Part shown: positions 8,958 through 18,222 of the stretch, one piece after another
Layout of the letters: each line of letters begins with the position of its first letter
Position numbering within the stretch: position 1 is the first letter of the stretch
Assembly (NCBI GenBank): GCA_046757885.1
Contig: JBHHZD010000002.1
Location: 37,494 to 101,493 of the forward strand
Length of the DNA: 64,000 nt
Source: Gemmatimonadota bacterium
GTDB lineage: Bacteria; Gemmatimonadota; Gemmatimonadetes; Palauibacterales; Palauibacteraceae
Reading direction: 5' to 3'
Made by a program: the position numbers and the translations under genes
The notes under the pieces: generated by a model
Told to the model about the DNA's origin: nothing
Databases searched by the model: none
Seen by the model: only the letters and a program-made list of their open reading frames with translations

Positions 8958-10976
8958 ATGGGTGAGAGGGAAACCGAGGACGGAGTCGAGGCCGGGCGCC
9001 CGGTGGTGGCGGAGCGTACGCTCACGACGGCGGTCGTGGGCGCCGGTCCGATGGCGCAGCACCACCTGAGGGCGATCCTCCGGATTCCACAACGCCCTCG
9101 GGTGCTCGGAGTCGTGGATCCGACGCCGGCGGCCCGCGAGCGTCTGAGGCAGGCGTTTCCCGACCTCGATACGTTCGAGAGCCTGGAGGATCTCCTAGCC
9201 GTGTCCGTCCCGGACGTGCTCCATGTGTGCACGCCGCCCGAGGCCCACGAACGGGCGGCCGAGATGGCCCTGCGGTCGGGCTGCCATGCCTACGTCGAGA
9301 AGCCCGTGTGCGAAACGGCGGCGGGCGCCCGCCGGCTCGTGGACCTCGCCCGGGAGAGAGGCCGGATCCTATGCCCGGGCCACCAGCTCCTGTTCGAGCC
9401 GGCCGCACGTCGTCTCACGGCCCTCGCCGGCACCATCGGCCACCTGCAGCACGTCGAGAGCTACTTCTCGTTCCGAACCGTGCGAACGGCTGCGGGCGGT
9501 CGGACGCCCATCCGGGACGACATGCAGTTGCTCGACGTCCTCCCGCACCCGGTGTACCTGCTCCTTCACTGGCTGGGTGGAGAGTACGGTGAGCCCGCCA
9601 GGATCTCGTCCATCGAGCGCGGGCCCGGCGGGACGATTCACGCCCTGGTCAGCAGGGGGCAGACGACGGGTGTGCTCGTCGTCACCCTGGACGGCAGGCC
9701 TGTCGAAAGCTACGTGCGCCTGGTCGGAACCAACGGGACCCTGCACGCCGACTTCGTGCGCGGGACGGTGCAGCGCCTAGTGGGCCCGGGCGTCTCGACG
9801 ATCGACAAGCTGTTGAATCCCTATCGGCTGGCGCGCCAGCTCGGCTTCGGAACGACGGCGAGCCTGGGGCGGCGGCTCGCGAGGCGACAGCGCAGCTACC
9901 CGGGCCTCGTGGAGATCTTCACGGCCTTCTATCGGGCGGTGCTGGGAAACGGAAGTGCCCCCATCGAGGACGACGAGATCGTCGAGACGGTGGCCCTGTG
10001 TGAGGAGGTGGCGGCCGTGCTCCGGTCTCCGGGGGCCGCGCCATCTCAGGGATTCGCCGGCCGGAAAGATCGCATCCTCGTCACCGGCGGGACGGGCTTC
10101 TTCGGCCGCTCGGTCGTCCAGGCCCTGACGTCGCGCGGTCGCGCGGTGAGGGTCGTGGCCCGCCGATCCCCCCCTCCCTGGGAGCGACTCGCCGGCGTCG
10201 AGTACGTGGAGGCGGATCTCGCGGAAGGAGTTTCGGGCAGGATCCTCGAGGGGTGCGCGCAGGTGATCCACTGCGCCGCGGCGACGAGCGGAGGTTGGGC
10301 GGAGCACCAGCGCAATTCCCTGGACGCGACGGAGAATCTCGTTCGCGCGGCGGCAGCCGCGGGGGTCGGCGACTTCGTCCACGTGAGCAGTCTCGCCGTC
10401 GTCGAGGCCGAGCCGGGTCGTCCTGTCCGGGAGGACTCCCCGTTGCTGTCGGAGGCCCGCGGAAGCGGCCCGTATGCCTGGGGTAAACTGGCGTCGGAGG
10501 AGATCGTGACCCGACTCGGCGCGGAGACGGGGATCCGGACCATCATCTTGAGGCCCGGCGCCATCATCGACTTCGACGATCTCGATCCCCCCGGCCGGCT
10601 GGGCCGGCGGATGGGCAACCTCTTCGTGGCCGTCGGCTCGCGGTCGGAGCCGCTGGGCGTCGTCGATCGGCGCTTCGCGGCCGCGGTCGTGGCGACGGTC
10701 GTCGAGAACCCGGACCGGGCCCCGGCCGTGTTGCACGTTCTGGCTCCCCGTCTCCCCACGAAGCGGGAGCTCGTGGGCCGTCTTCGAGAGCGCAATCCGG
10801 ACCTGAGGGTGGTGTGGCTTCCATGGCTCCTTCTCGGTCCACTCTCCCTCACGGCGTCTCTCCTGCAGCGGATTCTCCGGCCCGGGAGCCCACCCGTGAG
10901 CCTGGTCAGGGTCTTCAGGCGCGAGACCTTCGATACGGAGGCTGTGCGTCGCCTCACCTCCCCGACGACCGGCTAG
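8958..10976 (+). CDS. Fusion protein: Gfo/Idh/MocA-family NAD(P) oxidoreductase (N-terminal) + NAD-dependent epimerase/dehydratase SDR (C-terminal)
   Basis: N-terminal half: Rossmann TAVVGAGPMAQHHL and EKP motif (HAYVEKPVC). C-terminal half: ILVTGGTGFFGRS... YAWGKLASE (YxxxK). 672 aa. Confidence 0.7.
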   Translation: MGERETEDGVEAGRPVVAERTLTTAVVGAGPMAQHHLRAILRIPQRPRVLGVVDPTPAARERLRQAFPDLDTFESLEDLLAVSVPDVLHVCTPPEAHERAAEMALRSGCHAYVEKPVCETAAGARRLVDLARERGRILCPGHQLLFEPAARRLTALAGTIGHLQHVESYFSFRTVRTAAGGRTPIRDDMQLLDVLPHPVYLLLHWLGGEYGEPARISSIERGPGGTIHALVSRGQTTGVLVVTLDGRPVESYVRLVGTNGTLHADFVRGTVQRLVGPGVSTIDKLLNPYRLARQLGFGTTASLGRRLARRQRSYPGLVEIFTAFYRAVLGNGSAPIEDDEIVETVALCEEVAAVLRSPGAAPSQGFAGRKDRILVTGGTGFFGRSVVQALTSRGRAVRVVARRSPPPWERLAGVEYVEADLAEGVSGRILEGCAQVIHCAAATSGGWAEHQRNSLDATENLVRAAAAAGVGDFVHVSSLAVVEAEPGRPVREDSPLLSEARGSGPYAWGKLASEEIVTRLGAETGIRTIILRPGAIIDFDDLDPPGRLGRRMGNLFVAVGSRSEPLGVVDRRFAAAVVATVVENPDRAPAVLHVLAPRLPTKRELVGRLRERNPDLRVVWLPWLLLGPLSLTASLLQRILRPGSPPVSLVRVFRRETFDTEAVRRLTSPTTG

Positions 10977-10996
10977 GCCGGAGGCGAACGGCGTCC

Positions 10997-12190
10997 GTGG
11001 ATCTCCTGCTCGCCGGCATCGTCGGAGTCTTCGCGCTGCTCCTGCTCGCCCCGTGCGTCGTCGACCTCGGAGCCCTCGTGCGGCGGACCCGGCAACGAAG
11101 GAGGAAGGAGGAAGGCGCTCGCTTCACGGGCCTCGAGCGACTCCTGTTCCTCGTCCCCGCCCGAAACGAAGCCGACGTTCTGGACTCGTGCCTGCAGAGC
11201 CTTCTCGAGCTGCGCTACCCCGAGGAACGGAGAGGCATCCTTGTGGTGGCCGACGGGTGTGACGACGACACCGCTGCCGTCGCCCGGAGGTTGGGGGTCC
11301 GCGTCCAAGAGCGCGCGGCGGTGGGAGACGCTGGGAAGGGGGCGGCGATCGGGTGGGCCCTGCGTCACATCGCGCTTCAGGACTGGGATGCCATCGTCGT
11401 CGTCGATGCGGACTCCATCGTCGATCCCGAGTTCGGAATTCGGCTGTCCGCCTGCGGTCCACTCCGCGACAAGGCCCTGCAGGCGACTTTCCTGCCCCGG
11501 AACCCCGCGGATAGCCCGCTCACTCGCATGGCTGAGCTCCTTTCCGTCGTCTACTACGGGCTCCTCTATCCGCTGAAGCGGGCGGGCGGCCTGAACGTGC
11601 CGCTTACGGGGAACGGCATGAGCCTGGGAACGAGTGTACTCGACCGGTTGGGGTGGAAGACCTCCACGCTCTGTGAGGATACGGAGATGTACGTGATCCT
11701 CACTCTGGGCGGCGTCCGGATCTTAACCGCGCCCGGGGCCGTCGTGAGGGCCTACGAGGCGCGAACTCTGCGTGAGAGCGGTGATCAGCGAAGGCGATGG
11801 CGATCGGGACGAATTCGAGTTCTCTCCCGGTATGGCAGGAACGTCCTGCTGCACCGCGACCTGGGACTGCTGCAGAAGGCGGATGTTCTCGCCGAGCTCC
11901 TCCTTCCGGGTCCGGTCGTGCAGGCGTGTTCCGCAGCGGCGCTGGGGTTGCTCGCCGTGCTCGCCGGCCTCCCGGGGAACGGGATCCTGGTCGGTGCGCT
12001 CGCCCTGTCCCCCGCTCGCTTCGCGTTGCTCTGCCTGCTCGCGCTTCGCCGGGTGCCCGAGCCCGCCAGGACGGCTGCTGCGTTACTCCACCTCCCGGCG
12101 TACGCCGCCTGGCGAGTGGGTGCGGAATGGCGGTCCATAGCCCGTCCCGGCGACATCGGGTGGGGTTCTCGGCGGGGCGGCGCGGACTGA
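10997..12190 (+). CDS. Processive GT2 (synthase-like) membrane glycosyltransferase
   Basis: DxD (VVDADS), TED (LCEDTEMYV) and QxxRW (QRRRWRSGR) motifs, flanked by N- and C-terminal TM helices. GTG start at 10997. Confidence 0.7.
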   Translation: MDLLLAGIVGVFALLLLAPCVVDLGALVRRTRQRRRKEEGARFTGLERLLFLVPARNEADVLDSCLQSLLELRYPEERRGILVVADGCDDDTAAVARRLGVRVQERAAVGDAGKGAAIGWALRHIALQDWDAIVVVDADSIVDPEFGIRLSACGPLRDKALQATFLPRNPADSPLTRMAELLSVVYYGLLYPLKRAGGLNVPLTGNGMSLGTSVLDRLGWKTSTLCEDTEMYVILTLGGVRILTAPGAVVRAYEARTLRESGDQRRRWRSGRIRVLSRYGRNVLLHRDLGLLQKADVLAELLLPGPVVQACSAAALGLLAVLAGLPGNGILVGALALSPARFALLCLLALRRVPEPARTAAALLHLPAYAAWRVGAEWRSIARPGDIGWGSRRGGAD

Positions 12191-12217
12191 GCCGGGCCCT
12201 GTAGACCAGGCCCGGCC
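12191..12217. terminator. GC-rich inverted repeat between convergent genes (likely bidirectional terminator hairpin)
   Basis: gccgggccctg-tag-accaggcccggc, a stem of about 10 bp, sitting exactly between the stop codons at 12190 (+) and 12218 (-). Confidence 0.5.
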
Positions 12218-13432
12218 TCACCTCGGGCCCGGCGAGCGCTCGCGGGAGGTCTTCCGCCATTCTCGTTCTCCGCGCCCCAGCAGGGTCCCCCCTGCGACGA
12301 GGACCCGCCAGAGTGCGTAGCCCGGGAGGCGGAGAAAGGCGAGCATGGCGGAACCCGGGCGCGGGTGCCGAAGGAGCACGACGACCACGGCGACGACCTC
12401 GGGCGCCAGGCTGACAAGGGCCAGCACCGCGAGAAGAACCGATAGGCCTCCGTCGAGGAGCCACAACGAAAGCACGCCGGCGATCGTCGCGAGGACCAGG
12501 TGCAGTACGGGACTCGCCCCGCCGAGCTCCGCGAGGCCGTCGATCTTCTGCCGGAAACTCACGTGCGAGCCTAGGAGACGGGGTGTCCAGATCCTGAAGA
12601 CCCGTGAGCGGCCCGCGAGCCAGCGCCTCCGCTGGGTCCTGCCCTGAGCGGGCGTCGCCGCTTCCTCCGACAGCAGACGGGCGCCCGGGACGTAGTCAAT
12701 CTCGATGCCGGCGACGGTGTACTCGGCGTACAGTTCCCAGTTCTCGGTCAGCGAGAACGAGCTCCAGCCCCTCCCGGCGAGCAGGTCGGCCCCGATGCAC
12801 ATTCCGTTTCCCGTCAGGGGACAATTCAGGCCCGCCGCTCGCTTGAGGGGATACCCGACCTCGTATCGCATGCGGGTCAGCAGGCCCGCCAGTCGAGTGA
12901 GCCAGGACTCCCATTCGTTGCGGATGCCGAAGTAGGCCTGGCAGGCCTTGCTCCGAAGTGGAGCCGCCGCGGCGAGAGCGCGTCCGAAGTCGGGTGCGAC
13001 GACAGAGTCGGCATCGAGGATGATGCACGCGTCCCACTCGGAGAGAGGAACCCGCTCGAGCGCCCATGCCAGGGCCCATGGCTTGCCCCGGCGGGAAGGG
13101 TCGTGACGCTCCAGCACCGTCGCTCCGGCCCGTCGGGCCATCTCCGGCGTCCCATCCTCACAGTTGTCCGCCACGACGACGACGCCGACCGCGTCGGACG
13201 GATAATCCAGATCCGTGACGGAGCGGACGCAAGAGTCTATGAGAAGCTCCTCGTCATGCGCCGGAATCAGGAAGAGGAGCCGTGGTGGGGAAGCCGAAGC
13301 TCGTACCTCCGCAGGCTCGGCACGCACGCCACGTCGGAAAGAGAGGACGGACAGGATGACCGAAAGGAGGGGGAGGGACAGATACAGAAGACCGACGGAG
13401 AGAATCAGGGCGACGGGCAGGCTTCCGTTCAC
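12218..13432 (-). CDS. Processive GT2 (synthase-like) membrane glycosyltransferase, paralog of 10997..12190
   Basis: Same architecture as 10997..12190: FLIPAHDEE..., VVADNCEDGT, ILDADS, TENWELY, QRRRWLAGR, with N- and C-terminal TM helices. Confidence 0.75.
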   Translation of the reverse strand: MNGSLPVALILSVGLLYLSLPLLSVILSVLSFRRGVRAEPAEVRASASPPRLLFLIPAHDEELLIDSCVRSVTDLDYPSDAVGVVVVADNCEDGTPEMARRAGATVLERHDPSRRGKPWALAWALERVPLSEWDACIILDADSVVAPDFGRALAAAAPLRSKACQAYFGIRNEWESWLTRLAGLLTRMRYEVGYPLKRAAGLNCPLTGNGMCIGADLLAGRGWSSFSLTENWELYAEYTVAGIEIDYVPGARLLSEEAATPAQGRTQRRRWLAGRSRVFRIWTPRLLGSHVSFRQKIDGLAELGGASPVLHLVLATIAGVLSLWLLDGGLSVLLAVLALVSLAPEVVAVVVVLLRHPRPGSAMLAFLRLPGYALWRVLVAGGTLLGRGEREWRKTSRERSPGPR

Positions 13433-13475
13433 CGGCGGGCCGGCGCAGTCTGTCGCGGCGGCCCGTCCCCGGTGG

Positions 13476-14624
13476 TCAGCGACCGCTCACGTAGGCGTGG
13501 TCGATGCGCAGGTACTGATCCTGAGGCACCGTCTGGCCGGTTCCACCCCATACCGCGTCGAACTTCACCACGCTCCATACCTTCGAATCGTTTCCCGTCG
13601 AGAGCTGAACGTTCGAATAGTCGCCGGCCGGGGACCCATCGAGCCAGAAGCGGACGACTCCGTCGCTGTTCGATCCGCTGTTGAATCTGGCGTACACCTC
13701 GATCTGGTGCCAGCTACCTCGGCGGATTCGGCCCGTTCCCCGATTCACGCTGAGGTTCCGGTTGCGGAAGCGCGGGTCCTGGGTCCGTACCTGGAGGGTG
13801 AGCGGCCCGGATTTCGTTCCCTCGGCGATCACGTACAGAGGATTCGACGCGAACCCGGCCTGAGGGATGTAGACCATCTTGTTGACGCCGCTCTTCGGGT
13901 GCCCGTACCAGTTGGACGAAAACTGGATCCAGTAGGAGACGTAGATCTCCTTCCACCGATGACCCCGCACGCTCTTCCCGAAGTGTCTGTAGGGCGACTT
14001 CCCCCCGCCGAAGCCGGCCGGATAGCGGATCTGCAGAACGCTCGGGGCACTGACCGGGGCCGTCGGATCGGAGAGAATCTTCAGGTTGCCGCTCGGATTC
14101 CCGTTGGATCCGTTCCACCACCACCCGTCCTCGATCATGGCATCGAAGGACCGCTCCGTCGCCGGCGTCATCCCCGCCGGCTCGTTCGGGTGCCCCGTAC
14201 TCTGCGACGGCGGCGGGGGCGCGGATGGCGGCGGAGGTTGTGCCGGACTGCTCGCGCTCGAGACCCGGACCGTCGCCTCGTCCCGCAGCACGAGTCCGCT
14301 GCCCTCACCCTGCGCTTCGACCGTCACCTCGGCCGAGCCGGCTCTCCGCCCCTCCGCGAGTCCTCCGGCCGAGACGGTGACGATCTCGGGATCCGTGCTG
14401 CTCCAGGCGAACGTGTAGCCGCTGACGGGTCGACCGCGTTCGTCGCGGACGGATGCCGTGAGCTGGCTGCGCGATCCGGGGGCGAGCACGATGTCCGACG
14501 GCGAGACGACGATGACGGCCGCTGTCGGAGCGCCGGTGGGGGCAGGGGACGGATCCGGCCCCGTGACGCCGGACGCGCCGGACTGACAGGCGAGAAGGGG
14601 AAGCAGCAGGCTGCCGAGACTCAT
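13476..14624 (-). CDS. Secreted lipoprotein with Big_2 (bacterial Ig-like) domain and C-terminal jelly-roll-like domain (possible polysaccharide lyase/hydrolase)
   Basis: ATG at 14624 gives signal peptide plus lipobox MSLGSLLLPLLAC. A Big_2-like segment (VIVVSPSDIVLAPGSRSQLTASVRD... YTFAWSSTDPEIVTV), a Pro-rich linker (PAQPPPPSAPPPPSQS), then a W/Y-rich beta domain of about 220 aa. Confidence 0.6.
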   Translation of the reverse strand: MSLGSLLLPLLACQSGASGVTGPDPSPAPTGAPTAAVIVVSPSDIVLAPGSRSQLTASVRDERGRPVSGYTFAWSSTDPEIVTVSAGGLAEGRRAGSAEVTVEAQGEGSGLVLRDEATVRVSSASSPAQPPPPSAPPPPSQSTGHPNEPAGMTPATERSFDAMIEDGWWWNGSNGNPSGNLKILSDPTAPVSAPSVLQIRYPAGFGGGKSPYRHFGKSVRGHRWKEIYVSYWIQFSSNWYGHPKSGVNKMVYIPQAGFASNPLYVIAEGTKSGPLTLQVRTQDPRFRNRNLSVNRGTGRIRRGSWHQIEVYARFNSGSNSDGVVRFWLDGSPAGDYSNVQLSTGNDSKVWSVVKFDAVWGGTGQTVPQDQYLRIDHAYVSGR

Positions 14625-14884
14625 GAGTCGCCACCCTGTCGGGCTTCTTCGTGGCCGGTGCGGAGCCCGAGACTCCGCGACTCCGGTTCGTACACCGCAA
14701 GGTCGGACCGGGTTCGGCCGGACCGCAAGGCCGGCCGGATCTCGACGTGCTGGATTCCTGTTGCGTCTGGACGCATCCATCTCGCGGTGTCTCGCTCCCT
14801 CGTCGACTCGCATCCGGGCGACGGTTCGTCGCGGCTCGGGCGAATCCGGGATCGAGATGCGTGCCTCGATGGCAAGGCACGGTT

Positions 14885-14950
14885 TGACAACATGTTATGG
14901 ATTTTCATATCGGGGTCTTGGGGAGATTTTCTAGCCAGGTCCGCTACTTA
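14885..14950 (-). promoter_or_regulatory. AT-rich island in the intergenic region upstream of the lipoprotein gene (candidate promoter/operator)
   Basis: The only markedly AT-rich stretch (ttgacaacatgttatggattttcatatcgggg... ttttctag) in an intergenic region of about 375 nt (14625-14999); includes a TTGACA hexamer. Confidence 0.3.
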
Positions 14951-14999
14951 TTGCGCCTTCCGGCGAGGCCCCCGGCCTCTCGCGCCCGGTGGGAGGAGA

Positions 15000-16205
15000 T
15001 CAGAAAGCGGGCGCCCGCTCGCGCAGCCACGCCTCGAGCCGCCGGCAGTCCCCCTCCGTCAACCGCCCGTGCGTCGGCAGGGTGAGGAGACGCTCGGCCA
15101 GCGCCCGGGCGCCGGGGACGTCGCCGTGCGACGAGGGGGTCAGGGCGTCCCGGAGCGGCGGCAGCCGGCTCAGGGGCATCGGGTACCCGGGCATCACCCC
15201 GAGATCCCGACCCGCATCACGGGCGAGGTCGCGGACCCCGGACTCACGGCTCAGGAGGGGGAGACGGAGGTAGCCCGGGGTGGCCCCGGTCGGGACGGGA
15301 AACGGCCGCAACGGGGCCTCCGCGGCCGAGAGCGCGGCGAGCAGCCGGCCCGCGTGTCGCCGGCGGGTCTCCGCTTCCGCCTCCACGCTCATCGTCGTCC
15401 TCGACAGGACGCCGTGCATCGCGGCCGTCCCGAGCCGCGGTACGTGCGGTCGCCGGTACACGGTGTCTCCCAGGCGCAGCAGCGGGATCGCCGTCGGCAC
15501 CCGGTAGAGCTCGGGCCGACCCAGGATCCAGGTCGCGGTCGCCCGCGCGAGATCCGCCCAGCCCCGGCGGCCGGCCCCCGGAACCGGCCTCGCGCGCTCC
15601 AGAAGGCGTCGCCCGAGCTCGTTGTTCGCGAGCAGGAGACCACCCGCCCCTCCGGTCAGCCCCTTGCCCCGCCCGAAGCTCAGCACTCCGACATCTCCCA
15701 GCGTGCCCAGGGGACGACCCCGGAACGCGCCGCCGATGCCCTGCGCCGCGTCCTCGATGACGGCCGCGTCCGACTCGCGGGCCAGCTCGCGTACCGGGGA
15801 GAGGTCCACGGGAAGGCCGTACAGGTGGGCCACCACGATCGCGATCGCCCCGTCCCGGATCACCGACCGCAGGGAGTCGAGGTCCGGCCCGAGGGTCTCC
15901 GGGCTCACGTCGTACAGCGCGACCCGCGCCCCTGCGCCGATGGCCGCGGTCGCCACGTCGTAGCACGAGTACGCGGGGAGCGCGACGGGGCCGTCGCGCT
16001 CCTCCAGCGCCGTCCGAATGGCGAGCGAGAGGGCCGTCGTGCCCGAGTCGGCGGCCAGGTGGTCCAGAGGGCCGAAGCGGGTCCGGACCCAGGCCGACAG
16101 CCGGTGCTCGTAGGGACCCGGCCCCACGGCCGCGGCCCGGACGCCAGCCAGAATCGCCCGGGCACCAAGGGGCGAAGAGGCCGGAAGCTGGCGGCGCACG
16201 CTCAC
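15000..16205 (-). CDS. DegT/DnrJ/EryC1/StrS-family PLP-dependent sugar aminotransferase
   Basis: 401 aa with the family lysine region (VLSFGRGKGLTGG), an N-terminal PAYSCYDVATA segment and AxxIVVAHLYG. Confidence 0.75.
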   Translation of the reverse strand: MSVRRQLPASSPLGARAILAGVRAAAVGPGPYEHRLSAWVRTRFGPLDHLAADSGTTALSLAIRTALEERDGPVALPAYSCYDVATAAIGAGARVALYDVSPETLGPDLDSLRSVIRDGAIAIVVAHLYGLPVDLSPVRELARESDAAVIEDAAQGIGGAFRGRPLGTLGDVGVLSFGRGKGLTGGAGGLLLANNELGRRLLERARPVPGAGRRGWADLARATATWILGRPELYRVPTAIPLLRLGDTVYRRPHVPRLGTAAMHGVLSRTTMSVEAEAETRRRHAGRLLAALSAAEAPLRPFPVPTGATPGYLRLPLLSRESGVRDLARDAGRDLGVMPGYPMPLSRLPPLRDALTPSSHGDVPGARALAERLLTLPTHGRLTEGDCRRLEAWLRERAPAF

Positions 16206-16208
16206 CGG

Positions 16209-17192
16209 CTACCCGTTCCGTCCGGTCTCGGCCCCGTACCCGAGGCGGCTCGCCACGGGCTCGACGGCGCGTCGGAGGATCCTCCGCTCCGAGCGGGGGA
16301 TCGGGTCCAGAGCTCCCCGCGCCCGGCCGGGTACGCGGCGGTCGAGCACGCCGCGGTCCAGCTCCAGCTCCAGGAAATTCTCCAGCGTCTCGACCGGGAG
16401 ACGGCCGGAGCACAGGTCCTCGTAGGGCACCAGGAGTCCGCCCACCGCCTCCGCGCCGGAGAGGAACCCCTCGACCAGGGCCCGCCAGTGTCTCCCGAAG
16501 TGACCCGGTGTCAGGACGGGCTGCGCGGGCCATCGGTCGTACCAGTTCCGGAAGACCCGGTAGGACCGATAGGCACGGTACGGGTTCCGGTACAGGAACA
16601 GGAACCGGGCCTCGGGGAAGAGCCACCGGAGCCAGGCGGCGTGATCGATGTCGAGCCGCACCTCCTTCAGGCCCCAGCGCGGATACCCTTCCCTCTCGGC
16701 GGGCGTGGCGAACAGACTCATCATGAAGGCCCGGTGCGCCCTCAGCACGTGGACCGGATGCGGATACAGGTTCGCGATCCACTCCCGGCTCGCCTCGGTC
16801 GCCTCGCGTGCCTTGAGGTCCTCCAGGAAGAAGTGATCCGGGGGATCGCCGGGACGGAACGCTCTCAGGGATTCGGCGAGGCGGCGTATGAAGTCGGAAT
16901 GGGCGAACGGCTCGCCCCAGATCATCACGCCCTCCGCCGAGGTGATGAGCCGCTGGAGGAGGGTGGAGCCGGACCTCCAGCCCGCGGACAGGATGAAGAT
17001 CGGACGGTCCGGCGGGGCGTCTGCCGGCATCTCCCAGCGGCTCTCGATGATCTCTATGGCCTCCGGGATGCTGGGCACCGACCTCAGCAGCTTCCGGTGG
17101 CGGCGCCGGTGCACGATCGCCCCGGTCCGCGCCTCGATGGGCACCTTCACGGGCCTGCCCAGCCGCTTGAGCCGTTCCTTCCAGTTCCTCAT
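16209..17192 (-). CDS. Sulfotransferase (second copy)
   Basis: PAPS-binding P-loop ILSAGWRSGSTLL. ATG at 17192 (MRNWKERLKRL); an alternative upstream ATG at 17285. Confidence 0.65.
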   Translation of the reverse strand: MRNWKERLKRLGRPVKVPIEARTGAIVHRRRHRKLLRSVPSIPEAIEIIESRWEMPADAPPDRPIFILSAGWRSGSTLLQRLITSAEGVMIWGEPFAHSDFIRRLAESLRAFRPGDPPDHFFLEDLKAREATEASREWIANLYPHPVHVLRAHRAFMMSLFATPAEREGYPRWGLKEVRLDIDHAAWLRWLFPEARFLFLYRNPYRAYRSYRVFRNWYDRWPAQPVLTPGHFGRHWRALVEGFLSGAEAVGGLLVPYEDLCSGRLPVETLENFLELELDRGVLDRRVPGRARGALDPIPRSERRILRRAVEPVASRLGYGAETGRNG

Positions 17193-17199
17193 GAACCCC

Positions 17200-18222
17200 T
17201 CATGGGATGAAGCGCACGAGTCGCGGACCGAGCCGATTCGCGAGAGGAAGCGGCAACCGTCGCCACAGCCGGGTCGCCAGCGCATACCGGGGCGACTCGG
17301 GCGAGGGCGTGCCGGCCTGACCGGCGTTCGATCGCTGGTACCACCAGAGAGTCTCGTCCTCGCCGCCCCACTGTCGCTTGAAACGGTGCGTCCCGCCGCC
17401 CGGCGTGCAGCGGCCGAAGTTGAACAGCGTCGCTCCCTCCCGCGTCATCTCCTCCATGAACCGCCAGTAGAGGAGCATGTTCGGGGCGATGCGATTGTAG
17501 GGGCGGAGGGACGAGGCCCAGGTCAGCTCGAACTCGTGGGCCCAGCGGAAGCCGCAGCCCCCCGCGACGGGCCGACCTCCCAGCCACGCGCACCCGACCC
17601 GAAACTCGGTCGGAAACGCCCGTGCGATGGAGGCGAACAGCTCGCGGGGCAGGACGGGCGTTCCCAGGTCGCGCATGTGCCGCGCGAACACCCGATAGAA
17701 GGGCCCGATCTGATCCTCTCCGAACCGGACCTCGACGCCTTCCTTCCGGGGTCGCCGCACCTGGCTCCGTACCTTCGCCGCGAGTCCGTCCCAGAGGACC
17801 TCGGGCGCCTCCGCGGGCAGCGGCATCGTGACCGTGACCTTCCGGTGCGAGACCGGCAGGTCGATGGGCAGTGGCCGTCGCGAGCGAAGCTCCAGCAGAT
17901 CGGCGCCGCTTTCCTCGGACAGCCGGACCGCGGCCCCGGCGAGTCGTCGCACCGCCTTCTCCTCACCCAGCGGCCCCCCGTAGTTCAGGAACGGCATGGA
18001 GACGAGGTAGTGCCCGAACAGCGCGCTCCGGACGCGCACGAGCGGAAGCACGCCCACCAGCGATCCCGACTCGTCGCGACAGGCCAGGTACGGGCATTCG
18101 TGCCCAAATCCGTCCTCGAGGATCGCCTTCCACCCGTACAGATGGAAGGGCGTCCAGAAGGGCCGGTCGCGGACGAACGCGTCCCACTCGGGCCCTGCAC
18201 CGTCGTAGGGACCGAGCGTCAA
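17200..18222 (-). CDS. FemAB-family / GNAT-fold acyl(aminoacyl)transferase-like protein
   Basis: 340 aa with FemAB-like architecture (FHLYGWKAILEDGFGHE... FNFGRCTPGGGTHRFKRQWGGE). ATGA overlap with the upstream deacetylase gene. Confidence 0.6.
   Translation of the reverse strand: MTLGPYDGAGPEWDAFVRDRPFWTPFHLYGWKAILEDGFGHECPYLACRDESGSLVGVLPLVRVRSALFGHYLVSMPFLNYGGPLGEEKAVRRLAGAAVRLSEESGADLLELRSRRPLPIDLPVSHRKVTVTMPLPAEAPEVLWDGLAAKVRSQVRRPRKEGVEVRFGEDQIGPFYRVFARHMRDLGTPVLPRELFASIARAFPTEFRVGCAWLGGRPVAGGCGFRWAHEFELTWASSLRPYNRIAPNMLLYWRFMEEMTREGATLFNFGRCTPGGGTHRFKRQWGGEDETLWWYQRSNAGQAGTPSPESPRYALATRLWRRLPLPLANRLGPRLVRFIP

Noticed and set aside
6782-8965. 727-aa + strand ORF
   Set aside because: Antisense to the Wzy-like and deacetylase genes; RGD/E-rich low-complexity.
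14715-14745. cggccgg-N9-ccggccg inverted repeat downstream of the aminotransferase operon
   Set aside because: Short stem, no U-tract, and this kind of GC palindrome is frequent in this composition; weak as a terminator.
13215-17210. 1331-aa ORF on the + strand
   Set aside because: Antisense to four well-supported minus-strand genes (lipoprotein, DegT, sulfotransferase, FemAB). The translation is Arg/Gly/Pro-rich low-complexity, typical of a high-GC artifact.
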